From: an uncultured Spirochaetota bacterium
Lineage (GTDB): Bacteria; Spirochaetota; Spirochaetia; SZUA-6; Fen-1364
Direction: 5' to 3'
Length of the DNA stretch: 64,000 bases
Assembly: GCA_963734545.1 (NCBI GenBank)
Contig: CAVTHO010000004.1
Span: forward strand, 256,001-320,000
Below the pieces are notes generated by a model, which did not search any database, had not been told where the DNA came from, and worked only from the letters and a program-made list of their open reading frames with translations. The translations under genes were made by a program, and so were the position numbers. Shown piece after piece: positions 31,221 to 42,505 of the stretch. The stretch's first letter is position 1. Each line of letters starts with the position of its first letter.

Positions 31221-31367
31221 GGGGGCCGTGCGCCCTCCCCTGAATCCAATCATCTGGCTGAATCGCTTGATCACGTCGCGAAGGGTTTCTCCCCCCGTCA
31301 TAGTCGAATCATGCAGAGGCGCGGCGGACGGACTGCGGCGCGCCCTGCATCGGCAAAGGAGAAAACC

Positions 31368-32761
31368 ATGGCACCACGAACAAAAGGAGGCTTCAGCCTC
31401 CTGCAGCGTCTGGGACTGTTCGCCCTCCCCATCGGGCTCACGCTCCTCGGACCTGCCTGGGCGGAGGACAGGGGGGCTGCCGGCGGGCGGGCGGGCCGGG
31501 CGGGACGGGCGGGACGCCCCCCGGCAGGGCACCTTCCGGCGCGGGAAGCGAACAGGCGGCAGCGCGCCCCTGGTACGATCTGCGCATGATGCCGGATCCG
31601 ATCCTCGACCAGGTTCTGCTCTTCTACCTGGGCGAAGCGCGCATGGGCATGACGGATGTGGGAGAAGTCCTGGACACCGCGAGCCGCGTAAGGGCGGATG
31701 ACGAGTACAGCTGGACTCGGGAATGGGAAAAGACCGCCGAGCGCATGCGCGCCGCGGCGGAAGCAGGGGAGAAGGCGGGACATCCGCTTGGCGCCGGGGA
31801 GTCCTTCATGCGGGCAGCGGCCTATTACCGGGCGGCGCTGCACAGGCACCCGGATCCCACGGCGCCGGAGGTGCGGCAGTTGGCGGAAAAGGAGGTCTCC
31901 TGTTTTGCGCGGGCAGCACGGCTCCTTTCCCTGCCCGTCCAATCCGTGAGAATACCCTACGAGGGCACGACTCTTCCCGGGTATCTCTTCAAGGCTCCCC
32001 ACTCGGCAAAGAAGGCGCCGATCCTCATCGTCCACTCGGGCCGTGACGCGTGGGCGGAGGATGACACCTACATCGCCCAGGAGGCTCTCCGGCGAGGCTG
32101 GCACTGCCTGCTCTTCGACGGCCCCGGCCAGGGCCAGACGCTCCGGCTGCAGGGGCTTGCCTTCCGCCCTGACTGGGAGAAGGTGATCACCCCCGTGGTG
32201 GATTTCGCAGTCAAACAGCCGGGCGTGGATTCCAGCCGGATCGCGCTCATGGGCATATCAATGGGAGGGGCGCTGGCCCCACGGGCCGCGGCATTCGAAA
32301 AGCGCCTGAAGCTTCTGGTCGCAAACCCCGGGGTCCTGGATTGGGGGCGCGTCGTCACGGGATACATCGCGGAGCGCTATCCCGAGATTGCCGACATGCC
32401 GGAAAGAGATCCGCAGGGATTCAATGCCCTCATGGCCCAGGTGATCGCGGGAAACGCCTTCATGCGATGGGGACTCAGGGACACGATGTGGAAGCAGGGG
32501 TGCGCGACCCCGGCCCAGCTTTTCCAGGAAATGAGGAGGTACACGAACAAGGGCTTCGCAGGGAAGATCACCGCAAAGACCCTCGTCGTGGACGGTGAGG
32601 CGGAGGAGTTCGGCCAGGCAAAGGAGCTCCTCGAGGCGCTTCGCGGCCCGAAAGACTACATGCTCTTCACCGCTGCCGAAGCGGCGCAGCTCCACGTGCA
32701 GACAGGGTCCTCGGCCGTTTCCAGCCAGCGGATCTTCGACTGGCTGGAAGAAAACCTCTAG
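31368..32761 (+). CDS. Exported alpha/beta hydrolase (FrsA/DHPON-hydrolase-like); N-terminal leader separated by a frameshift, catalytic ORF 31586-32761
   Basis: IPYEGTTLPGY, FDGPGQG, GISMGG nucleophile elbow; AAGGAG RBS and a signal peptide from ATG 31368. Confidence 0.8.
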
Positions 32762-32925
32762 GAGCATCGCGCGAAGCGCGATATCCGTAGGGCGGCAGGC
32801 GTTTGCGGAGCAAACGCCGGGAGCCCGGCAGATGGGTCTATCCGGATGAGACGAGCCATCGCCCTAACCTCAATATGCCTTGCCCGAGGACCGCGCAGCA
32901 AGTACCTTCAACCGGGGGGCCCATC

Positions 32926-33967
32926 ATGATCAAAATATCAGGCAGAAAGCTGGAGCGGCTGGAGCATCTGGCCGACTCGCGGGGCGTTATCGCGGCGGCC
33001 GCAATGGATCAGCGCGGCTCATTGAAGAAGTCCATCGCCAAAGAAAAGGGCGTGGACGCCGCGCAGCTCTCCGACGACGTCATGAGCGAGTTCAAGGAGG
33101 CGGTGAGCAAGGTGCTCACGCCGCATGCCACCGCCATCCTCCTGGACACGGAGTTCGGCGAGCGTGCCATCAAGGCGCGCGCCAGGAACGCGGGCCTTCT
33201 GCTGGCGTACGAGAAAACCGGCTACGATGCGACGCAGCCGGGAAGGCTGGGTGATCTCCTCGATCACCTGAGCGTCCGGCGCCTCGCGGCGTACGGGGGA
33301 GACGCGGTGAAGCTCCTCCTTTACTACGCCGCGGACGACGATCCACAGGTCAACGACATCAAGCACGCGTGGATAGAACGCGATTGGGGCCGAGTGCGCG
33401 GCGGAGGAGATGCCGCTCTTCCTCGAGGTCGTGACCTATGATCCCCGGGGCGGGGAAGAGAAGAGCGTGGCCTTTGCCAGGCGCAAACCGGACCTTGTCA
33501 TGGGGTACATGCGGGAGTTCTCCAAGCCCCAGTACCGCGTGGACGTCCTGAAAGTCGAGATCCCCTTCGATATCGCGTTCGTCAAGGGTTCCAAGGCAAA
33601 CAAGAGCGGCCAGGCGGCCTATGACAAGCAGGAGGCAAAGGACATCCTCCAGCGTGCCGCCCAGTGCACGCACCTGCCGTTCATCTACCTCTCGGCAGGC
33701 GTGGACGATGACGTCTTTCGCGAGTCTCTCAACATGGCGGGAGAAGCCGGCGTGCCCTTTGCCGGGGTCCTCTGCGGCCGGGCCACGTGGAAAGAGGGAA
33801 TACCCGTCTATGCGAAACAAGGGGTAAAGGCGCTGGAAGACTGGCTTTCCGACCGCGGCGTAAAAAACATCGAGACGCTGAACGACGTGTTGAAGCAGTA
33901 CGCCAGGCCCTGGTACGCGGCGTACGGCGGACGGGACAAGGTACAGGCGGTCGAGCGGACCTCATAA
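32926..33967 (+). CDS. lacD: Tagatose-1,6-bisphosphate aldolase (class I), frameshift near 33382
   Basis: AAMDQRGSLKK, LLAYEKTGYD, VDVLKVE, PFIYLSAGV, GVLCGRATW. Confidence 0.88.
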
Positions 33968-33982
33968 AGCACAGCCTCGCCG

Positions 33983-34103
33983 TCGCGGCCGCTCCTGGCG
34001 GCATTCGCGGCCGCTCCTGGCGGCATTTCATGTCCACTGGTCGGCCTTTCGGCCATCCCTGGCCTCGGCCGACCTCGACATCACGGCCGCTCCTGGCGGC
34101 ATT
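33983..34103. repeat. Composite REP-like intergenic repeat cluster between convergent genes
   Basis: Three copies of CGGCCGCTCCTGGCGGCATT flanking a nested hairpin GGTCGGCC-TTTCGGCCATCCCTGGCCTC-GGCCGACC. Confidence 0.8.
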
Positions 34104-34109
34104 CCCTGT

Positions 34110-35072
34110 CTACGGTATCAGCACGATCTTGCCGAACGCGCCGGGCTCCATCACCTTGCGGTGAGCCTCGGCGGCACTGGCCAGCGGCAGCTCTGCTCCC
34201 ACCACGGGCCGCAGCGTCCCGTTTTCCAGCCCGGCCACGATGGCGGCATGCGCCGCCGCCACGTCCTCGTCGGAGATGTTCCACAGCAGCATGCCATAGA
34301 CTGCCCCGTCCCTGCCCATCAGCTCCCGTGGATTGATCGTCACCTCCCCGCGATTGCCGATCACCACGACACGGCCGCGCGGTGCCAGCAGCTTCAGGTC
34401 GGCGCCGAGGTTGACGTTGGCCAGCATCTCGAGGATGACATCGACTCCCCTGCCCCCTGTCAGCTCCCTCACCTGGTCCTGGTAGCCCGCCGCGCGGTGG
34501 TCCACCACGTGGTGCGCGCCCTCGCGGAGGGCCAGCTCGCGGCCCCTGTCCGTGCCGGCGGTGCCGATCACGATCATGCCCCGGGCCCGGGCAAGCTGCA
34601 CCGCCGCGACGCCGACCCCGCCGCTCGCGCCATGCACCAGGAGCGTTTCCCCTCCGCGGGCATGCGCCACCTGCTCCAGCGCCCGGTACGCTGTGGCGTA
34701 TGGCACGAACACCCCGGCGCCCTGGGCCCACGAGACCCGCTCGGGAAGCGGCTGGACCTGCGACTCGAGCGCCAGAGCGTATTCCGCGTACGTGCCGCTC
34801 ACCGTGCGGGCCGTGTACACGCGGTCACCCGGCTTTACCCGGCTCACGCCGGGTCCCGTCGTCTCGACCAGCCCGGCGCCGTCGGTGCCCGGCGTGTACG
34901 GAAGCTCGGGCTTGCGCGCATAGCTTCCGCTGCGCACGTACGTGTCCGCCGGATTGACGCCCGCTGCCATGATGCGCACCACGACCTGCCCCGGACCCGG
35001 CTTCGGCAGGGGGAGCTCGCCGAGCTTCAGCACCTCGGGTCCGCCAAACTCCCTGACAACGATGGCTTTCAT
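34110..35072 (-). CDS. NADPH:quinone reductase (zeta-crystallin/MDR family)
   Basis: FGGPEVL, AGVNPAD, HGASGGVG, GKIVL. Confidence 0.9.
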   Translation of the reverse strand: MKAIVVREFGGPEVLKLGELPLPKPGPGQVVVRIMAAGVNPADTYVRSGSYARKPELPYTPGTDGAGLVETTGPGVSRVKPGDRVYTARTVSGTYAEYALALESQVQPLPERVSWAQGAGVFVPYATAYRALEQVAHARGGETLLVHGASGGVGVAAVQLARARGMIVIGTAGTDRGRELALREGAHHVVDHRAAGYQDQVRELTGGRGVDVILEMLANVNLGADLKLLAPRGRVVVIGNRGEVTINPRELMGRDGAVYGMLLWNISDEDVAAAHAAIVAGLENGTLRPVVGAELPLASAAEAHRKVMEPGAFGKIVLIP

Positions 35073-36944
35073 GGTCCCTCCTCGGCGTCAGCCGTCGATT
35101 CAGGCAGCCGGATATCGAATTGGCATCCGGAGCCTTCGAGGTTCCTGACGCTCATGCTCCCTCCGTGCCTCTTCACGATCTGGTAGCAGATCGACAGGCC
35201 GAGCCCGATATTGTCGCCCTTCCCTTTCCGCGTCGAGTAGAAGGGAATGAAAATGTCGTTGAGGTCCGCGTCCCGGATCCCCGGGCCGGAGTCGGTGAAT
35301 GTCACGTGCACGGCGCCCCTGCCCTGCTCGTCCCGCGTCCGGCGGGTCTTGATGCTGATGGTCCCGCCGGCCGGCATGGCCTCGAAGCTGTTCTTCACCA
35401 GGTTGAGGACCACCTGCTTCATCTCGTTCCTGTTGACCGTGGCCAGGAGCGTCTTTTCCGGCGAATCGAACGTGATCGTGATGTGCTTGTAATCCGCGTT
35501 GTGACGGAGGAGGCCCAGGATGTTGCGGATCAGGTCATTGAGGTCGATCTCTTCCCTTTCCACCCTGTCCATGTTCGACAGGGAGAGGAGGTTCTTCACG
35601 ATGCCCGCGATATACGTGATCTCCTCGTGCAGCTCGTCGATCGCCTCGTGCAGCTTCCTGTCATTGAAGGAGAACTTGATATGCGTCAGGTAGTTGTAGA
35701 CGATCTCCAGCGGATTGTTGATCTCGTGCGCGACCCCCGCGGCGAGCAGGCCGAGCGAGGCGAGCTTTTCCGAGAGGATGACCTGTTTCTGCAGCTTGTC
35801 GAACTCGGTGACGTCCTCGATGATGATGATGTTGCCGATGCGCGCTCCTTCATCATAGATGGGGAGGGTCCTGACGTTGTTCACCGTGTCGGTCCCGCCG
35901 ATGACCAGGGGGACGTGGTAGAACGCCCTGCCTTCGTCGGAGAGCAGCGCGTCCCGTATGAGCCCGAGCGTCCCGCTGTTCCGCGCCCCCAGCAGGTCCG
36001 CGAGCGGCTTGTCCGCGAACTGCACGCCTTCCAGCCGGAAGTATTCCCGGCAGCGCTCGTTCACGATCTTGACGTTCTCCTGCGCGTCGCTCACGATGAG
36101 GTTCACCGGGCAGATTGAGCAGGACCGCCTCGTTGAACTTGAGGAACTGGTTGAACTCGCGTTTCAGGTTTCCCGAATCATTGCGCGCGTAGACCTGCGT
36201 ATAGGTGAGCTTGAGCAGGTTCATCCTGTCGATGTGCTCGACGTCGTCCGTCACCAGGATCTCGCCGTTCTTCACGATGCTGACCCGGTCCGCCACCTCG
36301 TAGACGTCGTCGATGCGGTGCGTGATGAAGAGGACGGCCATGCCTTCCTTCTTCATCCCGTCCATCATGCGCAGCACGCGGGCGAGATCTCCCGAGGAAA
36401 GTTTTTCCAGGGCTTCGTCCAGGATCAGCAGTCGCGGTTTCTTCTGCAGGGCGCACAGGATCGAGGTCAGGACCCGGTCGGGAAGGTTGAGGTGGCTCAC
36501 CGTGGCGGACGCATCGAGATTGAATCCGTGGGAGGAGAGGTATTCCTCCGCGTGACGCAGGATGTCCCTCCTGCTCAGCATGCCCCAGCGCTTCATCTTA
36601 CCGTCCAGGAAAAAGATGTTCTCGGCGACGGAGAAATAGTCATTGAGCTGGACCTGCTGGTGCACCATTTCGATGCCCATGCGATGCGCAAGGCTCGTGG
36701 ACAGGGCGGCATATCTCCCGGTGCCGAACTCGATGCATCCCCTCTTGGGCTTCATGTTGCCGCTGATGACCAGCCCGAGAGAGGATTTTCCCGCACCATG
36801 CTCACCCACCACCGCGTGGACCTTGGAGGGAAACAGGGAGAGGTTGACGTCTTTCAGCGCTTCGATCTGGCCGTAGTCCAGCGAGATGTGGGCAAGACGG
36901 AGCAGCTCGCGGGTTTCGCCCCCGACGCTACGCATTGATCCCAT
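35069..36944 (-). CDS. Sugar-ABC ATPase domain fused to PAS-HisKA-HATPase histidine kinase; single-base frameshift near 36108
   Basis: GEHGAGKS, MVHQ, LLILDE, ITHR in the N-terminal ORF; EKLASLGLLAAGVAHEINNPL, NLVKN, DSGPG, GLGL in the C-terminal ORF; deleting 1 nt gives continuous EAVLLNLPVNLIVSD. Confidence 0.8.
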
Positions 36945-38260
36945 AGCGCTCCATCTTGTTGTAGAGCGTCTTCCTGCTCATGTTCAGGAGCTGCGCGACC
37001 CGGGACCTGTTGTAGTTCGTGCTCTGGAGGGTCCTCAGGATCAGGTGCTTTTCCATGTCCTCGCGGATGTTGCGGGGGGTCGCGTTCAGCCCGCCGTCCA
37101 GGAAGGCGACAGGGAGGTCCTCCATGCCGATCCGTTCGCCCGCCGACATGGCCACGGAATAGTTGATCGTATTCTTCAGCTCTCTGACGTTCCCCGGCCA
37201 CGAGTGATCGAGGAACCGGGCCAGGACTTCCGGGGCAACGTCCTTCCGTGCGCCGGGGCTGGAATTGTGATACTCCGCGAGAAAATGCTCGACGAGGAGA
37301 GGGATGTCCTCTTTTCTCTCCCGGAGGGGAGGAACGGTGAGCACCGCCGCATTGAGCCTGTAGAAGAGGTCTTCGCGGAACAGGTTCTTCTCTATCAGTG
37401 CCCCGAGGTCCTTGTTCGTGGCGGCGATGAAGCGCACATCCACCCGGATCGTCTCGCTCCCCCCCAGCCTTCTGATCTCGCTGTTCTGGAGGGTCCGGAG
37501 GATCTTTGCCTGGATGCCGAGGGGCATGTCTCCGATCTCGTCGAGGAACAGGGAGCTTCCGTCCGCCTTCTCGAACACGCCCTTGAAGGCGGAATCCGCG
37601 CCGGTGTAGGCGCCCCTCTCGTGCCCGAACAGCTCGTTGTCCAGGAGGGACTCGGGAAAAGCCACGCAGTTGATCTTGATCATCTTCCGGGCGCCGCGCG
37701 CGGAGCTCGCATGGATGTTGTCCGCGATGACCTCCTTGCCGGTGCCGCTCTCGCCGCAGATCAGGACGGGGAGGCTGGTGGCGGCGAGCTTCTCCACCTT
37801 GCGGCAGAGGTCGAACATGCGCGCGTCCTGGGTGACGATCGTCGCGGAGAGCTCCATGCAGCCGGCTGCGAAGCTGGACATTTTCTTCCCGCAGCCGCGA
37901 GCACTCGGACGCGTTCTCCACGGTCTTCAGCAGCTCGTCGAAATCCAGCGGCTTCTTCACGTAGTCGAAAGCCCCCAGCTTGATGGACTGCACGGCCGTG
38001 TCTATGGAGGCGTACGCGGTGATCATGATCACGGGCACCCGGGCGTTGATTGCCAGGAGCCGCTTGAGGATGTCGATGCCGCTCTCCTCCGCCAGCATGA
38101 CGTCGAGAAGAACGACATCGATCCTGTTGTCGGAAAAGACCGTGACCGCCTGCTGCCCGTTGGTCGCGTAGAGCGCCCTGTAGCCGACGTGCTCGAAGTT
38201 CAAGGCCAGGCTCTTGCAGAGCTTCTCTTTATCGTCGATGACCAGGATGCAGCTTTTCAT
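36928..38260 (-). CDS. Sigma-54-dependent response regulator (NtrC/AtoC type), frameshift near 37859
   Basis: Receiver ILVIDD..LLDVML..KP; AAA+ GESGTGKE, GAYTGA, FLDEIG, FREDLFYRL, WPGNVREL; Fis-type HTH. Confidence 0.9.
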
Positions 38261-38304
38261 CTGTTGATTGTCACCAGGTTACCCAGGGGCCCCTCGCAAT
38301 ATGA

Positions 38305-38383
38305 GTAATTTTTACGCACTCACTATAGGGCCGCTGCTCGCCGGCTGTCAACGATTTTCTTGACAGCAGGGTAATTCCTTACA
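38305..38383. promoter_or_regulatory. Candidate enhancer-binding sites
   Basis: TGTCAA-N8-TTGACA at 38346-38365, flanked by GTAA..TTAC dyads near 38305 and 38371. Confidence 0.45.
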
Positions 38384-38432
38384 AGAATGCCACTTGAGAA
38401 AAGGGAATTCCCCTGCCCGGCAGCCATGCGAT

Positions 38433-38448
38433 TGGCATGAGAAATGCT
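38433..38448 (+). promoter_or_regulatory. Sigma-54 (-24/-12) promoter of the sugar ABC operon
   Basis: TGGCATGAGAAATGCT: GG-N10-GC with correct spacing, 60 nt upstream of the binding-protein ATG. Confidence 0.8.
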
Positions 38449-38508
38449 TCGGAGAGAGGCAAATCTGGAAGTTTTCCAGGGTTCCCATCCGAAGAAGGAG
38501 GAGAGAGC

Positions 38509-39453
38509 ATGAAGAAGCTGCTGTTCATTCTCGTTGCGGCGTCCCTCATATTCACCGCAACATCCGCGACAGCCCAGGCAAAGGGACAGATCAAGATCGC
38601 CATGGTGAATCTGGCGCTCACGAGTCCCTATTTCATCGGCATGTCCCAGGCGGTGAAGCAGGAATGCGATCGCTTCACGAACATCAAGCTCGTCACGACC
38701 GACGCAAAGGGCGACGCGCAGAAGCTGACCTCGGACGTGGAGGACGTCCTGGCACAGAACGTGAACGGTCTCATCATCAGCGCGGCATGGCTGGAGGCGG
38801 CCCCTGAAGCGCTGGACGCCATCAAGAGGGCCGGCGTGCCCGTGGTGCTCGTGGACAGGAAGCTCAAGGGCGGAGACTATACGAGCTGGGTCGGCCCCGA
38901 CAACACGCGCATCGGCATCCAGGACGGCGAGTACATCGTGAAGCGGCTGAACGGCAAGGGCCGGGTCGTGGTCCTGCGGGGCGGGCCCGCGGACAACTCC
39001 ATCGGCCTGGATCGGACCAACGGCATGATTTCCGCGGTCAAGAAGGCGGGCATGGAAGTCGTCATGGCGCCGAACTTCGGCGGCTGGAGCTCGGACGGCG
39101 GGTTCAAGCTGATGGAAGACATGCTGGCCAAGTACAGGAAGATCGACGCGGTCTTCGCGGAGAACGACTCCATGGCGCTGGGCGCGCAGAAAGCTATAGC
39201 CGATGCGGGACGCTCCAAAGAAATGTTCCTGTGCGGCGCCGACGGCGAAAAGGCCGCCCTCGTGGAAATCAGCAAGAAATCGAACTTCGCCGCCACCGGG
39301 CTCAACAGCTCGGATCAGATCGGCCGCGCGGGGTTCACCCGGCTCATGTCGCTCCTGGCGGGCGCGCAGTCCGAGAAGGACACGATCCTGCCCTCGCCCC
39401 TCATCACCATAGACAACGTCGCTCGGTTCCTCATTCCCGAGAGCGTATTCTAA
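38509..39453 (+). CDS. Monosaccharide ABC transporter solute-binding protein (RbsB-like)
   Basis: Signal peptide, PYF, PVVLVDR, VGPDN, AENDSMALGA. Confidence 0.92.
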   Translation: MKKLLFILVAASLIFTATSATAQAKGQIKIAMVNLALTSPYFIGMSQAVKQECDRFTNIKLVTTDAKGDAQKLTSDVEDVLAQNVNGLIISAAWLEAAPEALDAIKRAGVPVVLVDRKLKGGDYTSWVGPDNTRIGIQDGEYIVKRLNGKGRVVVLRGGPADNSIGLDRTNGMISAVKKAGMEVVMAPNFGGWSSDGGFKLMEDMLAKYRKIDAVFAENDSMALGAQKAIADAGRSKEMFLCGADGEKAALVEISKKSNFAATGLNSSDQIGRAGFTRLMSLLAGAQSEKDTILPSPLITIDNVARFLIPESVF

Positions 39454-39460
39454 ACCATCG

Positions 39461-39495
39461 CCATGACCTCCCTTCGGGGAGGTCATGGTCTTTTC
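39461..39495 (+). terminator. Hairpin/intrinsic terminator after the binding-protein gene
   Basis: 12-bp stem CCATGACCTCCC-TTCG-GGGAGGTCATGG then TCTTTT. Confidence 0.75.
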
Positions 39496-39508
39496 AGGGA
39501 GATCGTCC

Positions 39509-40972
39509 ATGCAAATGCTCATCGACGGCAGGTGGGTCGACGCCCGCGACGGAAAGACCCGCGCGATTCGAAATCCGGGGAACGGCGAGGTCATCGATAC
39601 CGTCCCCATGGCCGGGCTCCAGGACGTGGACGCTGCGCTGGAAGCCGCGGCGGCAGGCAGCGCGCGGATGCGCGCCACCCCCGCCCACGCGCGATCATCC
39701 ATCCTCGCGCGCGCGGCCCTGCTCATAGCCGCGAGGAAAGAGGAGCTCGCGACGCTCCTGGCCCGGGAGAACGGCAAGCCGATCCGGCAGACGAGGGACG
39801 AGATCGAGGTCACCTCCCGGATTTTCCGCGGCTTCGCCGAGGAGGCCAGGCGGATATTCGGCCGGACCGTGCCCATGGACGCGGTGCCGGGGCAGGAGCG
39901 GCATTTCGCCATGACCATCAGGCAGCCTTTGGGAGTCGTGGCCGCGATCGTTCCGTTCAACTACCCGGCGGAGCTCTATGCGCACAAGGCCGCCCCCGCG
40001 CTCGCCGCGGGCAATGCGGTGATTGCCAAGCCGCCCAGTGACTGCCCCCTCACGATGCTCCGCATCGCCGCGATACTGGAAGAGGCCGGCCTCCCGCGCG
40101 CGGCCCATCAGATGCTCACGGGGCCGGGGCAGCTCGTCGGCGAGCGCCTGGCCATGAGCCCCCTCGTGCGCCTCGTCTCGGTGACGGGAAGCACGGCAGT
40201 GGGAAGGAGGCTCGCGCAGCTTGGCGCGGAGAACCTTCAAAAGATCCACCTGGAGCTCGGCGGCAACGATTCGGTCATCATCTGCGCGGACGCCGACATA
40301 GAGAAGGCGGCCGAGGCCGTGGTCCTGGGCCGGCTGGCGCGCGGGAACGGTCAGATCTGCTGCGCGGTCAAGCGCGTGTTTGTCGACGCCCGGGTCATGG
40401 ACCTGTTTGCCCGGCGCCTGGCGGAAAAGGCCGCGGCCCTCAAGGTGGGGGATCAGCTTGCCGAGGACACCGACGTGGGACCGCTCATCACGGAGGAGGC
40501 GGCCCGGAGAGTGGAGGAGGCGGTTGCCGAAGCGGTGACGGCGGGCGCTAAAATCCTGTTCGGCGGCGGGCGGCGCGGTTCGTTCATGATGCCGACAGTT
40601 CTCACAGACGTGCCGGTGCAGACGCACCTGTTCAAGGACGAGACCTTCGGTCCCGTGGCGCCCCTGGTCGCCTTTTCCACGGAGGATGAAGCGGTGCGCA
40701 TGGCCAATGACAGCCCCTTCGGGCTGCAGGCAGCGGTCTTCACCAACGATATCACGCGGGCAATGAACATGGCATACCGGCTGGAGGTGGGCGGCGTGAT
40801 CGTGAACTGGTCCTCCGCGCTCAGGGCGGAGAACCTCCCCTTCGGGGGAACCAAGCTGAGCGGGTACGGCCGCGAGGGTCTGCACGACACGCTCCTCGAA
40901 ATGACGGAACAGAAGGTGATCCTGTTCCACAACGCGCTCTCGGTGTACGATGCCGGGCAGGCCGGTGCATGA
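39509..40972 (+). CDS. NAD(P)-dependent aldehyde dehydrogenase
   Basis: IVPFNYP, TGSTAVG, LELGGND, GQICC, ETFGP, PFGGTKLSG. Confidence 0.92.
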   Translation: MQMLIDGRWVDARDGKTRAIRNPGNGEVIDTVPMAGLQDVDAALEAAAAGSARMRATPAHARSSILARAALLIAARKEELATLLARENGKPIRQTRDEIEVTSRIFRGFAEEARRIFGRTVPMDAVPGQERHFAMTIRQPLGVVAAIVPFNYPAELYAHKAAPALAAGNAVIAKPPSDCPLTMLRIAAILEEAGLPRAAHQMLTGPGQLVGERLAMSPLVRLVSVTGSTAVGRRLAQLGAENLQKIHLELGGNDSVIICADADIEKAAEAVVLGRLARGNGQICCAVKRVFVDARVMDLFARRLAEKAAALKVGDQLAEDTDVGPLITEEAARRVEEAVAEAVTAGAKILFGGGRRGSFMMPTVLTDVPVQTHLFKDETFGPVAPLVAFSTEDEAVRMANDSPFGLQAAVFTNDITRAMNMAYRLEVGGVIVNWSSALRAENLPFGGTKLSGYGREGLHDTLLEMTEQKVILFHNALSVYDAGQAGA

Positions 40973-42505
40973 GCAATGAGAGCTACCTCCACATGGAGGC
41001 CATCTACAAGAAGTTCGGAGGCACGATTGCGCTGAAGAACGTCTCCCTGTCCGCCGCGCTCGGTGAGGTCCACGCCGTGGTGGGGGAGAACGGAGCCGGC
41101 AAGTCCACGCTCATGAACATACTCTCCGGGGCCGTCACGCCGGACTCGGGGACAATCGCAATAGACGGCAGGACGGTCGTGCTGGGCACGCCGCACGAGG
41201 CGAACCGCATGGGCATTCGCGCGGTGCACCAGGAGTTCAGCCTGGTACGCCACCTGACCATTGCGGAGAACATCCTCATGGGCAAGATGCCCACCCGCGG
41301 CGCGGGACGCGTGTGGGTGGACTGGGCCGGCACCAACCGGCGCGCCCGCTCGATCCTGGAGGACCTCGGGTTTCCGCACCTCGACGTGCGCACGCGCGTC
41401 TCCCACCTGAGCGTGTCCCACCAGCAGATCGTGGAGATTGCCAAGGCCCTGGCGGAGAAACCCCGCATCCTCATCCTGGACGAACCCTCGGCGGTCCTCT
41501 CCAAGGATGAGCTGGCGCTGCTGTTCTCCCTCATCAGGAGGCTCGCGGCGGAGAACACGCTCGTCATCTACATCTCCCACAGGCTGGAGGAGGTCTTCGA
41601 GATAGCCGACCGCATCACCGTTCTCAGGGACGGCGAGGTGGTGGGCACCGTACCGCCGGGTCGAGGTGGACCAGAACGCCCTGATCCGCATGATGGTCGG
41701 CCGTTCCGTGGAAGAGATCTACCCGGCGCGCGCCGCGCGGTCCGCGGAGGAGATCCTGTCCGTGCGGGGGCTCGGCCGCGCGGGGGAGTTCCACGACGTT
41801 TCCTTTTCCCTGCACAGGGGAGAGGTCGTCGGGGTGTTCGGCCTCGTGGGGAGCGGAAGGACCGCCGTGGCCCGCAGCATCTTCGGAGCCGAGCCGCCGA
41901 CATCCGGCAGCATCTTTCTGGAGGGCAGGGAGGTGCGCGTGAAATCCCCGCAGGACGCGGTGAACGCGGGGATCTCCTTTGTGACGGAGGACAGGAAGCG
42001 GGACGGGCTGATCATGAGCTGCACGCTGCGTGACAACATCAGCCTTGCCACTCTGCGCCAGATGAGCCACGGATTGATCCTGGACCGGCGCCGGCAGGAC
42101 AGGATGGTGCAGGGAAAGGTGAACGACCTTGCCATCCGCCCGTCGGACATCGGACAGAAGGCCAGGACACTGAGCGGGGGCAACCAGCAGAAGGTGGTCA
42201 TTGCGAAATGGCTGCTCTCCCGCACCCGGGTCCTGCTTCTGGACGAGCCTACCCGGGGCGTGGACATCGGAGCGAAGGTCGAGATCTATCACATCATCAA
42301 TGGTCTCGTGGAGGCGGGGATCGGCGTCCTGCTCATCTCGTCGGAAATGTCGGAGGTACGCGGCATGAGCGACAGGATCATCGTCATGAGGGAGGGACGG
42401 CTCGTGGGGAATCTGACAAGGGCGGAAGCGGATGAAGAGACGCTGCTCCAGTACGCCGCGGGGGTGACAGGAGCAGCCGGTGCGCACATAAGGGGAACAC
42501 CATGA
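40969..42505 (+). CDS. Monosaccharide ABC transporter ATP-binding protein (RbsA-like, two NBDs), frameshift near 41659
   Basis: GENGAGKST, ILDEP, ISHR; then EDRK, LSGGNQQKV, LDEPTRGVDIGAK. Confidence 0.9.

Noticed and set aside
36100-36115. Programmed ribosomal frameshift producing the NBD-kinase fusion
   Set aside because: No slippery heptamer; similar single-base indels are scattered through unrelated genes, so a sequencing error is more parsimonious
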